Shown here: in pieces, positions 10,501-19,287 of the stretch
Numbering within the stretch: the stretch's first letter is position 1
How the letters are laid out: each line of letters begins with the position of its first letter
Source of the DNA: an uncultured virus (IMG/VR IMGVR_UViG_3300013120_000767)
Lineage: Duplodnaviria; Heunggongvirae; Uroviricota; Caudoviricetes
DNA: 64,000 bases
Strand: one strand, 5' to 3'
IMG/VR virus record: IMGVR_UViG_3300013120_000767
Location: 62,001-126,000 of that record
Notes under the pieces: model-generated
The model's input: only the letters and a program-made list of their open reading frames with translations
The model's database searches: none
What the model was told of the DNA's origin: nothing
Program-made: the position numbers and the translations under genes

Positions 10501-13115
10501 ACCACAAGCGCAGCGAAGTCCAAAATATCCCGTCCCCCTTGATTCGCTTCCCGTTGCAGAGAGTGACCGTCGTAGGGCCAATGTCGGTGTCGTTCACCCA
10601 AAGCGGTGACTACGACGACCTGATTCGCTTGATGGCCACCCCTACGGAGTGGATGTTCTTCAACAACACTCGGAACATGTACTCCATGGTCACTTCGGTG
10701 GCTGTAGTTGCAGGGACGATCACGATCAACTTTGAGAACATCGTTGGGGCGCAGGCGACGGGCGATGAGATGTATGTCATCCATTGGAACTACGTCCAGG
10801 ACGCTACTCAGCTACGGCGAGGAGGAGAGTATATCCGCACTGCCGATGTGATGGCCTCTGGGCAAGTCCGCACCATCATAGCCGACCTTACCGAGGGTGT
10901 TCCTATCGCCGGGTATGAGTCGCTGGGAGTGGAACTGGGGTCCTTGTACCACTGGTCAGTGATCGGGAAGGACATCAGCACAGCGTACACCTACAGCGCT
11001 TCAGCGCCTCCGGATGATCGCTACTTCTCCGTGCACATCGCTGCCCTTTCGGGGCAGGTCAACTGGATGAACATGGAGTTGGCTGCCGGCGCCGGTTTGG
11101 GCTATATTTTGCACACTCCCGTCGCCGGCGGCGCTGTCATACCTATGCTGACAATCACCGACACTGTCGCAGGGGCTTGGTTCGAGTGGGAGGAAAACGC
11201 TGCGGGTGTCCCCCACTTGACGATCTCCTCCCCCCTCATTTTCAACATGGCGGCGGAGCACTGGCTGGACACCCCCCTTCGGGGGCAGGACGGAGCGCAC
11301 CGGTACTTCCTGTCTTTTCTGTCTTCGCTCACTACGCCGGACAACAATGCCCACGCTTCCTACTACTACGGCAACGCAGCTTTGGACATCCGGGGGGGTT
11401 ACGACTTGCTGGGAGCTCTGCTCGGTGCCTATGGTTGGGTTGTCTACGTCCCGGTAACCCGAGACTGGGCCAAAGTCATGGACGGGGTGACGGACTTGCA
11501 CTTCGCCCGGGACTTCCCAGCCGGCAGCATCGACCTGACTAAGGCTATGGAAGAAGCAATCCTGTGGCCCGCTGCGTACATGGGGCTCTTCTCGGCAGGA
11601 GGCTCCCCCTACGTGCCTACAGACCGGGGCGACTTCTTCCTGAGGCTGTATACCAACCACGTCCACCATGCCGATGTAGGTTTCAGCGACAGCTTTTCCG
11701 TAGTGGGGTACGGCCACCCAGACTTTTGGGACGGCACTATTGCGGGATCGCACCCAATCGAGCTTGGCCTGTTGGCGGCAGGGGCGGAGAACACTTTGGT
11801 GTGGCCTTGGACTACCGGTGACCTCAAAGCCAACCTCCCAGGTTCGTACGAGGAGGACAACCGAGCAGCGCCGGACGGTGCTCGCAGGACGTCTTACGTC
11901 AAACCCCTGGTGTACTTCGCCAATCAACCCAACTTTGCCGGGCATGGGTTCGGTCAGTTCACTTTGCAGCCCGCTACTTCCGATGGGGCCGCCCTCTTCA
12001 TGATGGCTACAAAGGAAGTGTGGTCTTACACTCATACGTCGACGGGAACAAGCGTAATCCGTTTGCCCTTCGAGCGCCCGGTGCCGGGTTCCTTATTGCA
12101 GAACGTGTGGTGGGAGTTTTCCGCCAGAGACGACCCGGTAAATGTAGTCCCCCCACCCACTGAGAACCTGACCTCAGCCACTTTTCGAGTATTCATTGAA
12201 CGGGAGGGCTTTGTCGAGACCTCCCCTATGCGGCACATTGGCGTGTTCGGGGTGGCCCGAGGGCTCACGAAACGGTCAGGGTATGACGACCTGAAGACCG
12301 AAAAAACTTTAGTGTGCCACTACCCGGACGATTGGGCGGGGGTGAACCCGGAAGACCCAGCGTTGCCCTGGATGTACAACTTGTACGACGCAGCTTCGGG
12401 AAGTCTCCTGACTGCGGCTGAGGCAACGTGGGCGGTGACTGACGTCAACAACCCAGGTGGTCGGGATTGCCTGGCCGGCCTCACCCTCCCCCACAGCCGG
12501 TTGGGCCGTGACGCTGGTCCTTCGTACCCTGTGTGGTTCCCCTCCACTACTATTCGTGCAGTAGGGGACCATATAGACGCCTTTTGGAACAACTACGAGG
12601 GAGCGAGGGTCGTCGTGTTCAACTTGGCCTTTGATCCGACCCTTACTTCCTTGGGGGTCATTGCCAATCCTTTCGCCGTGTGGGGTAACGTCCCCCTTGG
12701 TGGGACCTATCCACTTCTTTCTCTGCGCCGATCACAGATCCCGAAGGGAGACTTCCTGTACGTGTGGTACGACGAAATCGGCACAGGGGACAGAAAATTA
12801 GGAACGTTCCCCATTTTGGGGGAAGCCAAAGCCACCTACCCAGGAGCGGGTAATAGCGCTGTTGTAGTGTTTGACCCCAACGGCGTCATACCCGCAGTGG
12901 GGGTCGTGAGCGCTGCCGTCCCAGCCCTCCTGGGGAGCACCCGCCTCAAGATCTGGCTGGAGTCGTACTGCGGGGTGGTCTCACCGGATATGATTGTGTG
13001 GCTCCACCACGCCGAGTACGAAGCTATCGAAGTCTCTCAGCGGTTCTCCCTCCCGATCCCCCTGACGACGTCCTACGCAGACTGGTACCATGAAGAAGAT
13101 GTAGACTTCCCGTAA
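7554..13115 (+). CDS. Large tail fibre / adsorption-apparatus protein
   Basis: 1853 aa, Gly/Thr/Asp/Val-rich; carries beta-rich modules also seen in 2634..6839; last gene of the structural block. Confidence 0.55.
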   Translation: MFDPLAEFVRLSMLIGNTVPSVVLANVDSERNKWIPSEAQPVGTRLVADGEDITSDVVNRLAVAMCAQTERILLQMEEPALYMRTVMFDAAHLVVAGIGVTELPLYSNRPIAIPGTQAGLETTMDLLDQDGAEIVIPEVGEFVGVRCFISDLEHLDGTAAYDGGGDVEDYVINSFAITGVFKWGVSVPSSVEERVTGTASGGSATTLVDATADFVADAVVAGWVVWNKRTDDYGIVTGVIANQLTFAGGMIGGETCGNLDDYEVQGPNHVMPGIFATISGSDNNNGTYLVVEVADNDVVLALMSTDLYLAGSLPEWSIENAWKEAAPTVMVENDTNLGTIQFRTLGKCAVNPMVTLTDNFPVNPVTNGQIIGAGVRVMDLTRLLDKSITLFGADQLTVLTDSQVVRHIKELKGFTTGWGVADLQEYDWRYPPSDSIESIHRRLNTADLDGIYRMDPERDYPFGASYEQPTTGTPGKGRVIHIDGGAVELYTEEGAAEDTGDVNRTMLRIYARDTGDGNVPNLGELLQENTPLGYSLAPATGYAPLTYLSAIFVGEVTSSLDMTVMAARRALLSRGLAGELFPLALRDNAHDGRGSVVLMKRTGSDDYQIGYVQLRDWGPGGAAESLDVYFQTDVQDWDTGYTLVVFQPLYTVGTPPAELITAGNYGHQAYHTFSAPPLDANSGGVQYHPDNAAAAFLGWSGHTAGVGTPIVDFLHARIYDPASPPTGPTADDFTRIARISWEGADFGQEQDNLIFQEDNKDYADVTIRPWQSFTGWWSYALAPVMTLRHYADSVHDDTRGESDTLMLGLPFYEDDTTPGDLFHGAFLGGRHGRLVTWDSAVSDMKASLAAAVPDPLFYTAASGYPLYDDAGLFSSGVALEMTAGGGGVLLITNLTAPELTVFREGEFERHNGCVLLTITQCTDVDKIGTYHVDNIVPATGAITISRGTTLSESFTPGDEAKGYLWTHTIMNDGLIPNLAMTGYHKRSEVQNIPSPLIRFPLQRVTVVGPMSVSFTQSGDYDDLIRLMATPTEWMFFNNTRNMYSMVTSVAVVAGTITINFENIVGAQATGDEMYVIHWNYVQDATQLRRGGEYIRTADVMASGQVRTIIADLTEGVPIAGYESLGVELGSLYHWSVIGKDISTAYTYSASAPPDDRYFSVHIAALSGQVNWMNMELAAGAGLGYILHTPVAGGAVIPMLTITDTVAGAWFEWEENAAGVPHLTISSPLIFNMAAEHWLDTPLRGQDGAHRYFLSFLSSLTTPDNNAHASYYYGNAALDIRGGYDLLGALLGAYGWVVYVPVTRDWAKVMDGVTDLHFARDFPAGSIDLTKAMEEAILWPAAYMGLFSAGGSPYVPTDRGDFFLRLYTNHVHHADVGFSDSFSVVGYGHPDFWDGTIAGSHPIELGLLAAGAENTLVWPWTTGDLKANLPGSYEEDNRAAPDGARRTSYVKPLVYFANQPNFAGHGFGQFTLQPATSDGAALFMMATKEVWSYTHTSTGTSVIRLPFERPVPGSLLQNVWWEFSARDDPVNVVPPPTENLTSATFRVFIEREGFVETSPMRHIGVFGVARGLTKRSGYDDLKTEKTLVCHYPDDWAGVNPEDPALPWMYNLYDAASGSLLTAAEATWAVTDVNNPGGRDCLAGLTLPHSRLGRDAGPSYPVWFPSTTIRAVGDHIDAFWNNYEGARVVVFNLAFDPTLTSLGVIANPFAVWGNVPLGGTYPLLSLRRSQIPKGDFLYVWYDEIGTGDRKLGTFPILGEAKATYPGAGNSAVVVFDPNGVIPAVGVVSAAVPALLGSTRLKIWLESYCGVVSPDMIVWLHHAEYEAIEVSQRFSLPIPLTTSYADWYHEEDVDFP

Positions 13116-13124
13116 GTCGAAGCT

Positions 13125-13166
13125 AAAGGAAAAGGGGAGGGGGGCCATGCCAAAACCCCCCCTCCC
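13125..13166. terminator. Hairpin between convergent genes (probable terminator, T-run on - strand)
   Basis: GGGAGGGGGG (13135-13144) pairs with CCCCCCTCCC (13157-13166); A-rich run on the left. Confidence 0.5.
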
Positions 13167-13198
13167 GGGTCCTCAAACCCACCCTGAGCAATAGCGAG

Positions 13199-14254
13199 TC
13201 AGGGAGTGAGGATTCCTTTGCCGCAAACCGGGCAGGCGCCCATGCCTTCGGCAGTTGTGTAGATGGTTTTCGGTTGGATGACCAACAAGACCTCCACCAG
13301 CCCCAGGAAAGCAGCCATGAAGGCTTGCCCGTCCCTGCAGGCGCCTTCGGGAGGGACCGCCCGTTCACGGTAGATACCGAACAGCGCCTCTGCGGAACTC
13401 TTCAGGGGGTGGTCACCGGCGAATTTCGCCCATCCGTGCTCGCCCTCCAAGAGCTCCTCGATGTTGACAATGGGGACATCTTCGTCGTCCCGCCCGTACC
13501 CGCTGAGGTCGAAGACATCGTCCCCGGTCCAGTAGTACCCACTCTCTGAGTACCAGTGGTGGTTCCAGTCGTGGCTACACCCGATGCGGGCGTCGGCGTA
13601 GTCGAGGAAGCTCACTGCGTCGCACAGGGTGATGTCGAACGCCCGGGGCTTGGTCAAGCCCCCTCTAGCGTCACACCCTCCGTGCACTTGCAGTAGAACG
13701 TGCCCCCCATCATCGTCCTCCCAGTACATGAACTGGATGTCCTGGGAGAGGAGGTTCTCATGGTTGTAGGTGTAGATGAGCATGGGCTCCCCGTCCCCGT
13801 AGATGCCCTGCGGGGGGTCCTCCGGGCGGGACTCGGCAAGGTGGGGCATGTACCTCCTCATGCACTCCAACCAGGTCACCGGCTGCTGTCGGAAACCCCC
13901 GCTCGGGACGTGGTGCTGGTTCTCCCTGAGCTCGCAGAAGGCGTGGAAGTTTGCGTCCAGTTCCTCATTGAACACGAGCCGCTCCTTAAGCCAGTGGTAG
14001 ATGGAGTAGGTGAAGTTGACTTCACCATACCTGAAGTGGACCCCCGCCCACCGCTCCTGCTCGAAGTCCCGCCCCTGGTTGCGTTGCCAATGGCGGCCAT
14101 AGCCGTGCAGGAATGTCCCGTCGGGTTGCTGGGTGCCTCCGGAGTCCAAGAAGGGTGTCCCCGTATCCTCCTTCAGCATTTCCGCCAAAACCTCAGCCGT
14201 TTTGCTCAGCAAGGGTCCTGAGGTAGTGGTCGTGGAGTCTTTTCCCGCGTTCAT
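13199..14254 (-). CDS. Hypothetical phage protein
   Basis: 351 aa, RBS GAAGGAG; motifs 'DTGTPFLDSGG..YGRHWQRNQ' and 'LQVHGGCDARGG'. Confidence 0.7.
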   Translation of the reverse strand: MNAGKDSTTTTSGPLLSKTAEVLAEMLKEDTGTPFLDSGGTQQPDGTFLHGYGRHWQRNQGRDFEQERWAGVHFRYGEVNFTYSIYHWLKERLVFNEELDANFHAFCELRENQHHVPSGGFRQQPVTWLECMRRYMPHLAESRPEDPPQGIYGDGEPMLIYTYNHENLLSQDIQFMYWEDDDGGHVLLQVHGGCDARGGLTKPRAFDITLCDAVSFLDYADARIGCSHDWNHHWYSESGYYWTGDDVFDLSGYGRDDEDVPIVNIEELLEGEHGWAKFAGDHPLKSSAEALFGIYRERAVPPEGACRDGQAFMAAFLGLVEVLLVIQPKTIYTTAEGMGACPVCGKGILTP

Positions 14255-14579
14255 CTCCTTCCTCCGTCACTTTGTCCGGGTCCTCCCGGGCGTTGTAGTA
14301 CAGGTAGCCGACCTCTGACCAGAGGCTGGGGGCGGCAGCTACGGCAGCGCAGATCGCTCCGCGGTTCCACGGGTGGGTCACGTCGATTGCGATCAGCCCG
14401 GTGTCCCCAACGTGCTCTATAGCCGCCTCCATGGCTTGCCCCACCGCCTCAGCGAAGTCCACCGCCCGCTCCGGGGAGTCGAACCTTGCCGGGAGCTCCG
14501 CTTTTCGGGTGGTCCCTTTCTGAATTGAGTAGATGTCCACTTGGTCAAAGCAGATGTCGACGACGGTGACTCCCATCAA
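14193..14579 (-). CDS. Hypothetical protein
   Basis: Coupled to upstream HTH gene in the co-directional block. Confidence 0.55.
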   Translation of the reverse strand: MMGVTVVDICFDQVDIYSIQKGTTRKAELPARFDSPERAVDFAEAVGQAMEAAIEHVGDTGLIAIDVTHPWNRGAICAAVAAAPSLWSEVGYLYYNAREDPDKVTEEGDERGKRLHDHYLRTLAEQNG

Positions 14580-15085
14580 TCCACCAGGGAGATTTCAATG
14601 CGGACCTTCTTCCCCGAAGAAAGCAGCCGCACGAGCTGGGCCAGCCCTGTTTGTGTCTCCGTTGTTTGTATGAGCTCCCGGATGCTCAGGGCAGATTCCT
14701 TTACCAGCAGGGACGGCTCCTCACTCACGGGAGCGGGTTCCGGCTTTTTCCGGGGGGACTCCGCCGACTTGGCAGGCGCTTCCTCTTCCTTTTCCGGTTC
14801 CGGCGCCTGCGGTTCGGGCGGTGAAGGCGTCTTCGCCTTCTTCCTCTTGGGAGCGGGCTTCCGGGGGGGTGAGTCGGTGGGGGAGTCAAGCCCCCCGCCC
14901 GCCTTCTCCTCGGCTACGATCTGGTCGATGCGCTCCGCCAAGTCGTCAGGGATGGGGAAGTCCCCCTTTTCGTACTTCCGGTAGGTAGCCCGGGGTACTC
15001 CGAGGAGCCCCGCCATAGCAGTCACCGTGATCTGCAATACCTCCTCACGGATCTGTTTCAGTTCTTCAGGTTTCAATGCGCTCAC
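14576..15085 (-). CDS. XRE-family helix-turn-helix protein with disordered tail
   Basis: 'LKQIREEVLQITVTAMAGLLGVPRATYRKYEKGDFPIP' followed by a Pro/Glu/Lys-rich linker. Confidence 0.8.
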   Translation of the reverse strand: MSALKPEELKQIREEVLQITVTAMAGLLGVPRATYRKYEKGDFPIPDDLAERIDQIVAEEKAGGGLDSPTDSPPRKPAPKRKKAKTPSPPEPQAPEPEKEEEAPAKSAESPRKKPEPAPVSEEPSLLVKESALSIRELIQTTETQTGLAQLVRLLSSGKKVRIEISLVD

Positions 15086-15939
15086 CGTTCCTCCTCGAGA
15101 GCCACGTCGTCGCCGGAGGGCAACAGGGGCTCCAATCTGTCGGCCAGAGATTTGACGAGCTGAGAAGCGTCGAGACGCTTTCCCTCGTCTTTCCGTAGGG
15201 CCGCCAAATTGAGGCCCCGGAACTTCTGGTCAGTGTCGTTTACAATGGACAACAAGCCCGGGGGAATTCCCCACAGGATACTCCGCTTCGTTGCGTACTC
15301 CTCGCACCAGGCCAGAACTTGACCAATCACGGAAGCATAAAGCCTCCGTTTGGTGTTGCCGAAAATGCTCTCGGCGTGGCGCAGTCGCTCGTACCCCCTC
15401 AACAGGAGCCCATTGGTGTTGTTGGTTGCCCACTCCTCCATATTGTCGATACTGGCCTGCGTTTCGGCAGCACCCATGGAGGGGAGAGCGAAGATGATAC
15501 GCCCGTAACGGAACCCGAATTTTCGAGGGAGGGCTGTCTTAGCCGGCATGAGCTCGAGCTCTTCGGCTGTCAGCTCCTCTCGGGATTCCACCAGGGCGCT
15601 GTCGAATTCCTCCTCGACAAAGTCGTCGACAGCGTCCAAGAACTCCTCTTGGAAGTCCTCCAGTCGCTGCATCACCTCCGGAAGGATCTCGTTATCTATG
15701 AGGTACCCGGACCCGGTGGGGGACCGTCCCCCTTTCTCTTGCAGGAAGTCCCGGGCCGCCCGCTCCACGCGGGTTATCCCCTTGAGCCATTTCTTGTCGA
15801 CCAGGAAGACGTGCTTCCCGCGTCGTTTGTCTCCTCCTTTCGGGAGATCCTTTTTTGCTGTCCATACGCTGATCCTGAGCCACACAAGTGTGGCGCTTGA
15901 GAACAACGCCTCGACGTTGAATCTTGTTGCTGGTTCCAT
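15082..15939 (-). CDS. DUF3150-like protein
   Basis: 'LVWLRISVWTAKK..FLVDKKWL..GYLID..LEDFQEEF' pattern; typical neighbour of AAA ATPase modules in mobile elements. Confidence 0.55.
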   Translation of the reverse strand: MEPATRFNVEALFSSATLVWLRISVWTAKKDLPKGGDKRRGKHVFLVDKKWLKGITRVERAARDFLQEKGGRSPTGSGYLIDNEILPEVMQRLEDFQEEFLDAVDDFVEEEFDSALVESREELTAEELELMPAKTALPRKFGFRYGRIIFALPSMGAAETQASIDNMEEWATNNTNGLLLRGYERLRHAESIFGNTKRRLYASVIGQVLAWCEEYATKRSILWGIPPGLLSIVNDTDQKFRGLNLAALRKDEGKRLDASQLVKSLADRLEPLLPSGDDVALEEER

Positions 15940-15951
15940 CTCTTACCTCCG

Positions 15952-16131
15952 TTACCCGCACCAAGGGTTGCGGTTGACGTCCCCTTCGGGGACCCCCAGG
16001 TAGGCCAAAAACCTGTCTAGCCCGGGGGTCCACCATGAGGATACCACCCTGCCGCCTCGGAGGGTGAAGCGAAAGTCAGAACTCCTCGTATTCGAGAGCG
16101 TCCTCAGTAACCTCTTCCTGGAAGTACTCAT
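15952..16131 (-). CDS. Small protein ending in ..PWCG
   Basis: Fills the gap between DUF2997-like and DUF3150-like genes; start uncertain. Confidence 0.4.
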   Translation of the reverse strand: MSTSRKRLLRTLSNTRSSDFRFTLRGGRVVSSWWTPGLDRFLAYLGVPEGDVNRNPWCG

Positions 16132-16270
16132 CTTTGAGTTTGGGCTCCTCGGCTTCTTCGCCGATGAGCTGCTTGAGCGGGGCCGTCGCTTCGAGGCACT
16201 CGCCCCTGGTGAAACCGTCAGTTTCAATGTGGCATCGCCCATTCTTGATCCTCATCTTGATGGTTTTCAT
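16076..16270 (-). CDS. DUF2997-like protein
   Basis: 'IKMRIKNGRCHIETDGFTRGECLEATAPLKQLIG..KDEYF'. Confidence 0.75.
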   Translation of the reverse strand: MKTIKMRIKNGRCHIETDGFTRGECLEATAPLKQLIGEEAEEPKLKDEYFQEEVTEDALEYEEF

Positions 16271-16650
16271 TCGTACTGCACCATGACCACCTCGATGGCG
16301 CCGTCGGGTTGGGTTTCGATTGTTGCCTCATACCCCATCTCCTCAGCGTACACCAGGGCGGCCTCCACGTGGTACTGGTCGGCGACTTGATTGACCCACT
16401 TGGTCATGTACTCATCACCGACGAGTCGATGCTTCCCCTCCACTTCTTGGACGCCTATGTCCCAAGGGACACCGGGGACTTCGATGACTGCCACCTGGTC
16501 ATGCTTGAAGCCCCGCTCGGCGGCAGTGTCGTTGTGCAGCGTGCGGATGGTAGACTTGCCTTGGCAGTATGTGAACCCTACCTTCTGGCAAGCCCTCTCC
16601 AGCAACTCGAGGCTTTCCGGTTTGAACTCCATCTCCACGGCGTGGCTCAT
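16267..16650 (-). CDS. DUF1257 (Ycf35-like) protein
   Basis: 'MSH..LLERACQKVG..DIG..LVGDEY..QY..GY..QPDGAIEVV'. Confidence 0.75.
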   Translation of the reverse strand: MSHAVEMEFKPESLELLERACQKVGFTYCQGKSTIRTLHNDTAAERGFKHDQVAVIEVPGVPWDIGVQEVEGKHRLVGDEYMTKWVNQVADQYHVEAALVYAEEMGYEATIETQPDGAIEVVMVQYE

Positions 16651-18074
16651 GCGTCCACCACTATGGAGGAGGTGTCCTCGTCATCCTCGTCCGGGTCGTC
16701 GGCCGGGACCAGTCCTGCCTCGTCAGCGAAGCGCCTGAGCTCTTCAAGCTGTGCCTTGGAGACTCGGGAAACCCTCACTGTGTAGCCTGCTGCTTCGGCC
16801 AAAGACACATTCATGGCCTTGGCATTCTCACAGCATTGAAAGATTTCTGCACCACTCCACCCCTCATCAGGCGGGTGCCCCTCCTCCTCGATACCGAAGT
16901 TGCGCTTGTGAATCTCCCACGCCTTGTCCCTCACCTTCTGGTTGGGCAAGCCCAGGTAGAAGATGGTGGAGAACCTGCCGGCCCGAATGTACTCGGGGGG
17001 TAAACTCATGGCGTTGCACGTAGCAATCACGCATGCGTCCAGGCTCCTCCGGTCGGACAACCAGGTGAGGAACTTGGACAAGGTCCTCTGCGTGGTACCC
17101 CCATCAGTAGAGCCACTTCCACCGAGGCCGGAGAAACCCTTCTCGATTTCGTCTACCAACAGCAAACAGCGCCCAAAGGCCTCCACAATGGCCACCATGC
17201 GGCGCATTCGGGCCTCGGAGGACCCGACAATTCCGTGGAACAGGCTGCCCACGTCCAGGATGATGAGTGGAATGCCCAACTTTCGAGCCAGGGATTTGGC
17301 GAAGTGCGTCTTGCCGGTACCTGGAGGCCCCATAATCAGCACGCCCCGGATCTTCCCTTCCGTTCTGACCATGAAGAACTTCAGACTCTCCATGCCGGCC
17401 AGGTCATCCATTTTGTCCGTCGGCAACGGTTGGTACAAAGACAACGCTGCAGACTGCCGGAGGATCTGCTTCTTGACCTCGGCAAACAAAGCTGGGTCCA
17501 GCCCCTTGGTCTTGACCAGGGAGAGCTTGAATGCCCGCTTGAACTCGCTGAAGGTCATACCTCGGCCAACCTTGGCCACTTCGGGCAGCGCCGACTGGGG
17601 GATCTCCACCTTGCCTCCGTACTCGAGGGCCAGGGCCCCGGCAAAGCCCAAAAGGTCCTCCTCTTCGGGGAGTCTGTCCCGGACGACGACAGCTTCACGG
17701 CCGATCTCCGCCGGCAATTCCTCAATGGTAGGGCAAGTCCCAATGAGAATGCAGGGCTTGTCCTTCTCACGCACTTTCCGGACGAAGTTGTGGAGCGCTT
17801 GCAGGAACGACTTGTCCTGGAGGAAGAAGTGCATATTCCGCAGAACAATAATGCTCCACTTCCCTTTCGTGTCCGGAAGTGTATCCACGTACTTCACCAC
17901 CTGGCCCTTGAGGCCTATCAAGTCCTGCACTTCCACGGTGGCCCCCTTCCCCAACCTGTCAGCAATTCGGGTAATTCGGTCCTCTGTATACAGAGGGTCG
18001 AATGTCTCAACCACAATAATGGGGTAGGATGCCCTGATGTAGTCCTCAAGTTTCAAGTCAAACGGGTAACTCAT
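16647..18074 (-). CDS. Ycf46-like AAA+ ATPase
   Basis: N-terminal 'YIRASYPIIVVET'; Walker A GPPGTGKT; Walker B LLVDEIEK; 'ATCN..LPPEYIRAGRF'. Confidence 0.85.
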   Translation of the reverse strand: MSYPFDLKLEDYIRASYPIIVVETFDPLYTEDRITRIADRLGKGATVEVQDLIGLKGQVVKYVDTLPDTKGKWSIIVLRNMHFFLQDKSFLQALHNFVRKVREKDKPCILIGTCPTIEELPAEIGREAVVVRDRLPEEEDLLGFAGALALEYGGKVEIPQSALPEVAKVGRGMTFSEFKRAFKLSLVKTKGLDPALFAEVKKQILRQSAALSLYQPLPTDKMDDLAGMESLKFFMVRTEGKIRGVLIMGPPGTGKTHFAKSLARKLGIPLIILDVGSLFHGIVGSSEARMRRMVAIVEAFGRCLLLVDEIEKGFSGLGGSGSTDGGTTQRTLSKFLTWLSDRRSLDACVIATCNAMSLPPEYIRAGRFSTIFYLGLPNQKVRDKAWEIHKRNFGIEEEGHPPDEGWSGAEIFQCCENAKAMNVSLAEAAGYTVRVSRVSKAQLEELRRFADEAGLVPADDPDEDDEDTSSIVVDA

Positions 18075-18195
18075 TCGTCCTCCGTAATTGACAGCTCAGC
18101 GGCAATCTCGATCAAGTCAGTAGGAGAGCCGGAAAACCCCAACTCCCGCATGTGGGCGATGATGTCTTCCGGCTCTTCGATAAGTACCGTGGGAG

Positions 18196-19287
18196 TTACT
18201 CCCGGTACCGGTCGGCGACGTCCTTCAGGCGGGCGAAAGGGCCCTCCCCCTCGACGTCGTCCAAGTCCAGGTAATTCTCTAGGATGGTCTGGACATCGAC
18301 AAAGCCCGCCATCACCTTGTCGACCAACAAGTCGATCGCTGCGACTGCCTTCCTTTCAGCTTCCTCCAAGGCCTGTACCCGGGCGACGAGCTGCATGACC
18401 TGCTCCCGCAGGAAGGCTACTTCTTCGGCTGCCCCAGCGGTGCCGCCCATTTTGGCCACCATCTTGAGCAAGGCTGCGTGAATCAGCGCAGCGGGCTCAG
18501 CGTCCTCAAAGGCATGCAGAGGATCGCCCTTGTCGTACTTCGGCGTAGGCGCTTCGCTCTCCGGCTGCTCTCCCCCCTCCGTGCCTTCGGCAGTGGGGGG
18601 CGCTGAGGGGGGAGCTTTCTTCTTGGGCGGGGCCTTCTTGCCCGCAGACTTCTGTTTCCGTGTTGCCTTCTTGGGCGCTCCGGCCGACTCCTCTGCGTCT
18701 GCTGGCTCCCCCGTAGCTGCGGGCTCCCCCCCCTTCTTCTTCTTGGGCGGAGCTTTCTTCTTGGGGCCGCCCTTTTTGCCTTTGGGCTCTTCAGGGGCCT
18801 TGTCGACTTCACCGGGGGCGCCCCGCGCCTCCAGAATTTTCAGGATGATCTCCTCCTTGGGCATGGAGTAGACGTCGAACCGGGGGATCTTCGCCTCCAC
18901 GGCGCCGATGCGGTAGAGATCCCCCTGCTCCAGTGCTTCCAGTTCTTTTCGCGTATACAGCTGGTGTTCTGCCATCTCCCATTCCTCCGTCGTTAAATGG
19001 CTTTCAAACGTCTCTACTGTCTCCCTACTCAAAATCCAACACCGCACCAGTTGCGCCGCTGGACAACGATAGCAATCGCCGGGGCAGTCGAGCTCTACCC
19101 GGTCCTTGAAGGTCCGAATGACCCGGAAAATGCGCATCCTTCGTTGGTCAAGAACCGACATGGGCGGGTCGGCGCCAGTGCCCTCAATGAGCTCCGTTAA
19201 GTCGAAGGGGCTCATATCCAAATCGACACAGTACCCCCGAGCACGGGCAACACACACCAGTTCAGAGTGAGTGGTTACGCGTCTCAT
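18196..19287 (-). CDS. Hypothetical protein (Cys cluster, Lys/Pro-rich linker, coiled coil)
   Basis: 363 aa; 'CPGDCYRC'; repeated KKKAPP; possible -1 frameshift extension (see findings). Confidence 0.7.
   Translation of the reverse strand: MRRVTTHSELVCVARARGYCVDLDMSPFDLTELIEGTGADPPMSVLDQRRMRIFRVIRTFKDRVELDCPGDCYRCPAAQLVRCWILSRETVETFESHLTTEEWEMAEHQLYTRKELEALEQGDLYRIGAVEAKIPRFDVYSMPKEEIILKILEARGAPGEVDKAPEEPKGKKGGPKKKAPPKKKKGGEPAATGEPADAEESAGAPKKATRKQKSAGKKAPPKKKAPPSAPPTAEGTEGGEQPESEAPTPKYDKGDPLHAFEDAEPAALIHAALLKMVAKMGGTAGAAEEVAFLREQVMQLVARVQALEEAERKAVAAIDLLVDKVMAGFVDVQTILENYLDLDDVEGEGPFARLKDVADRYRE

Noticed and set aside
16963..18398. Long plus-strand ORFs (354 and 387 aa)
   Set aside because: Antisense shadows of the AAA ATPase; no motifs.
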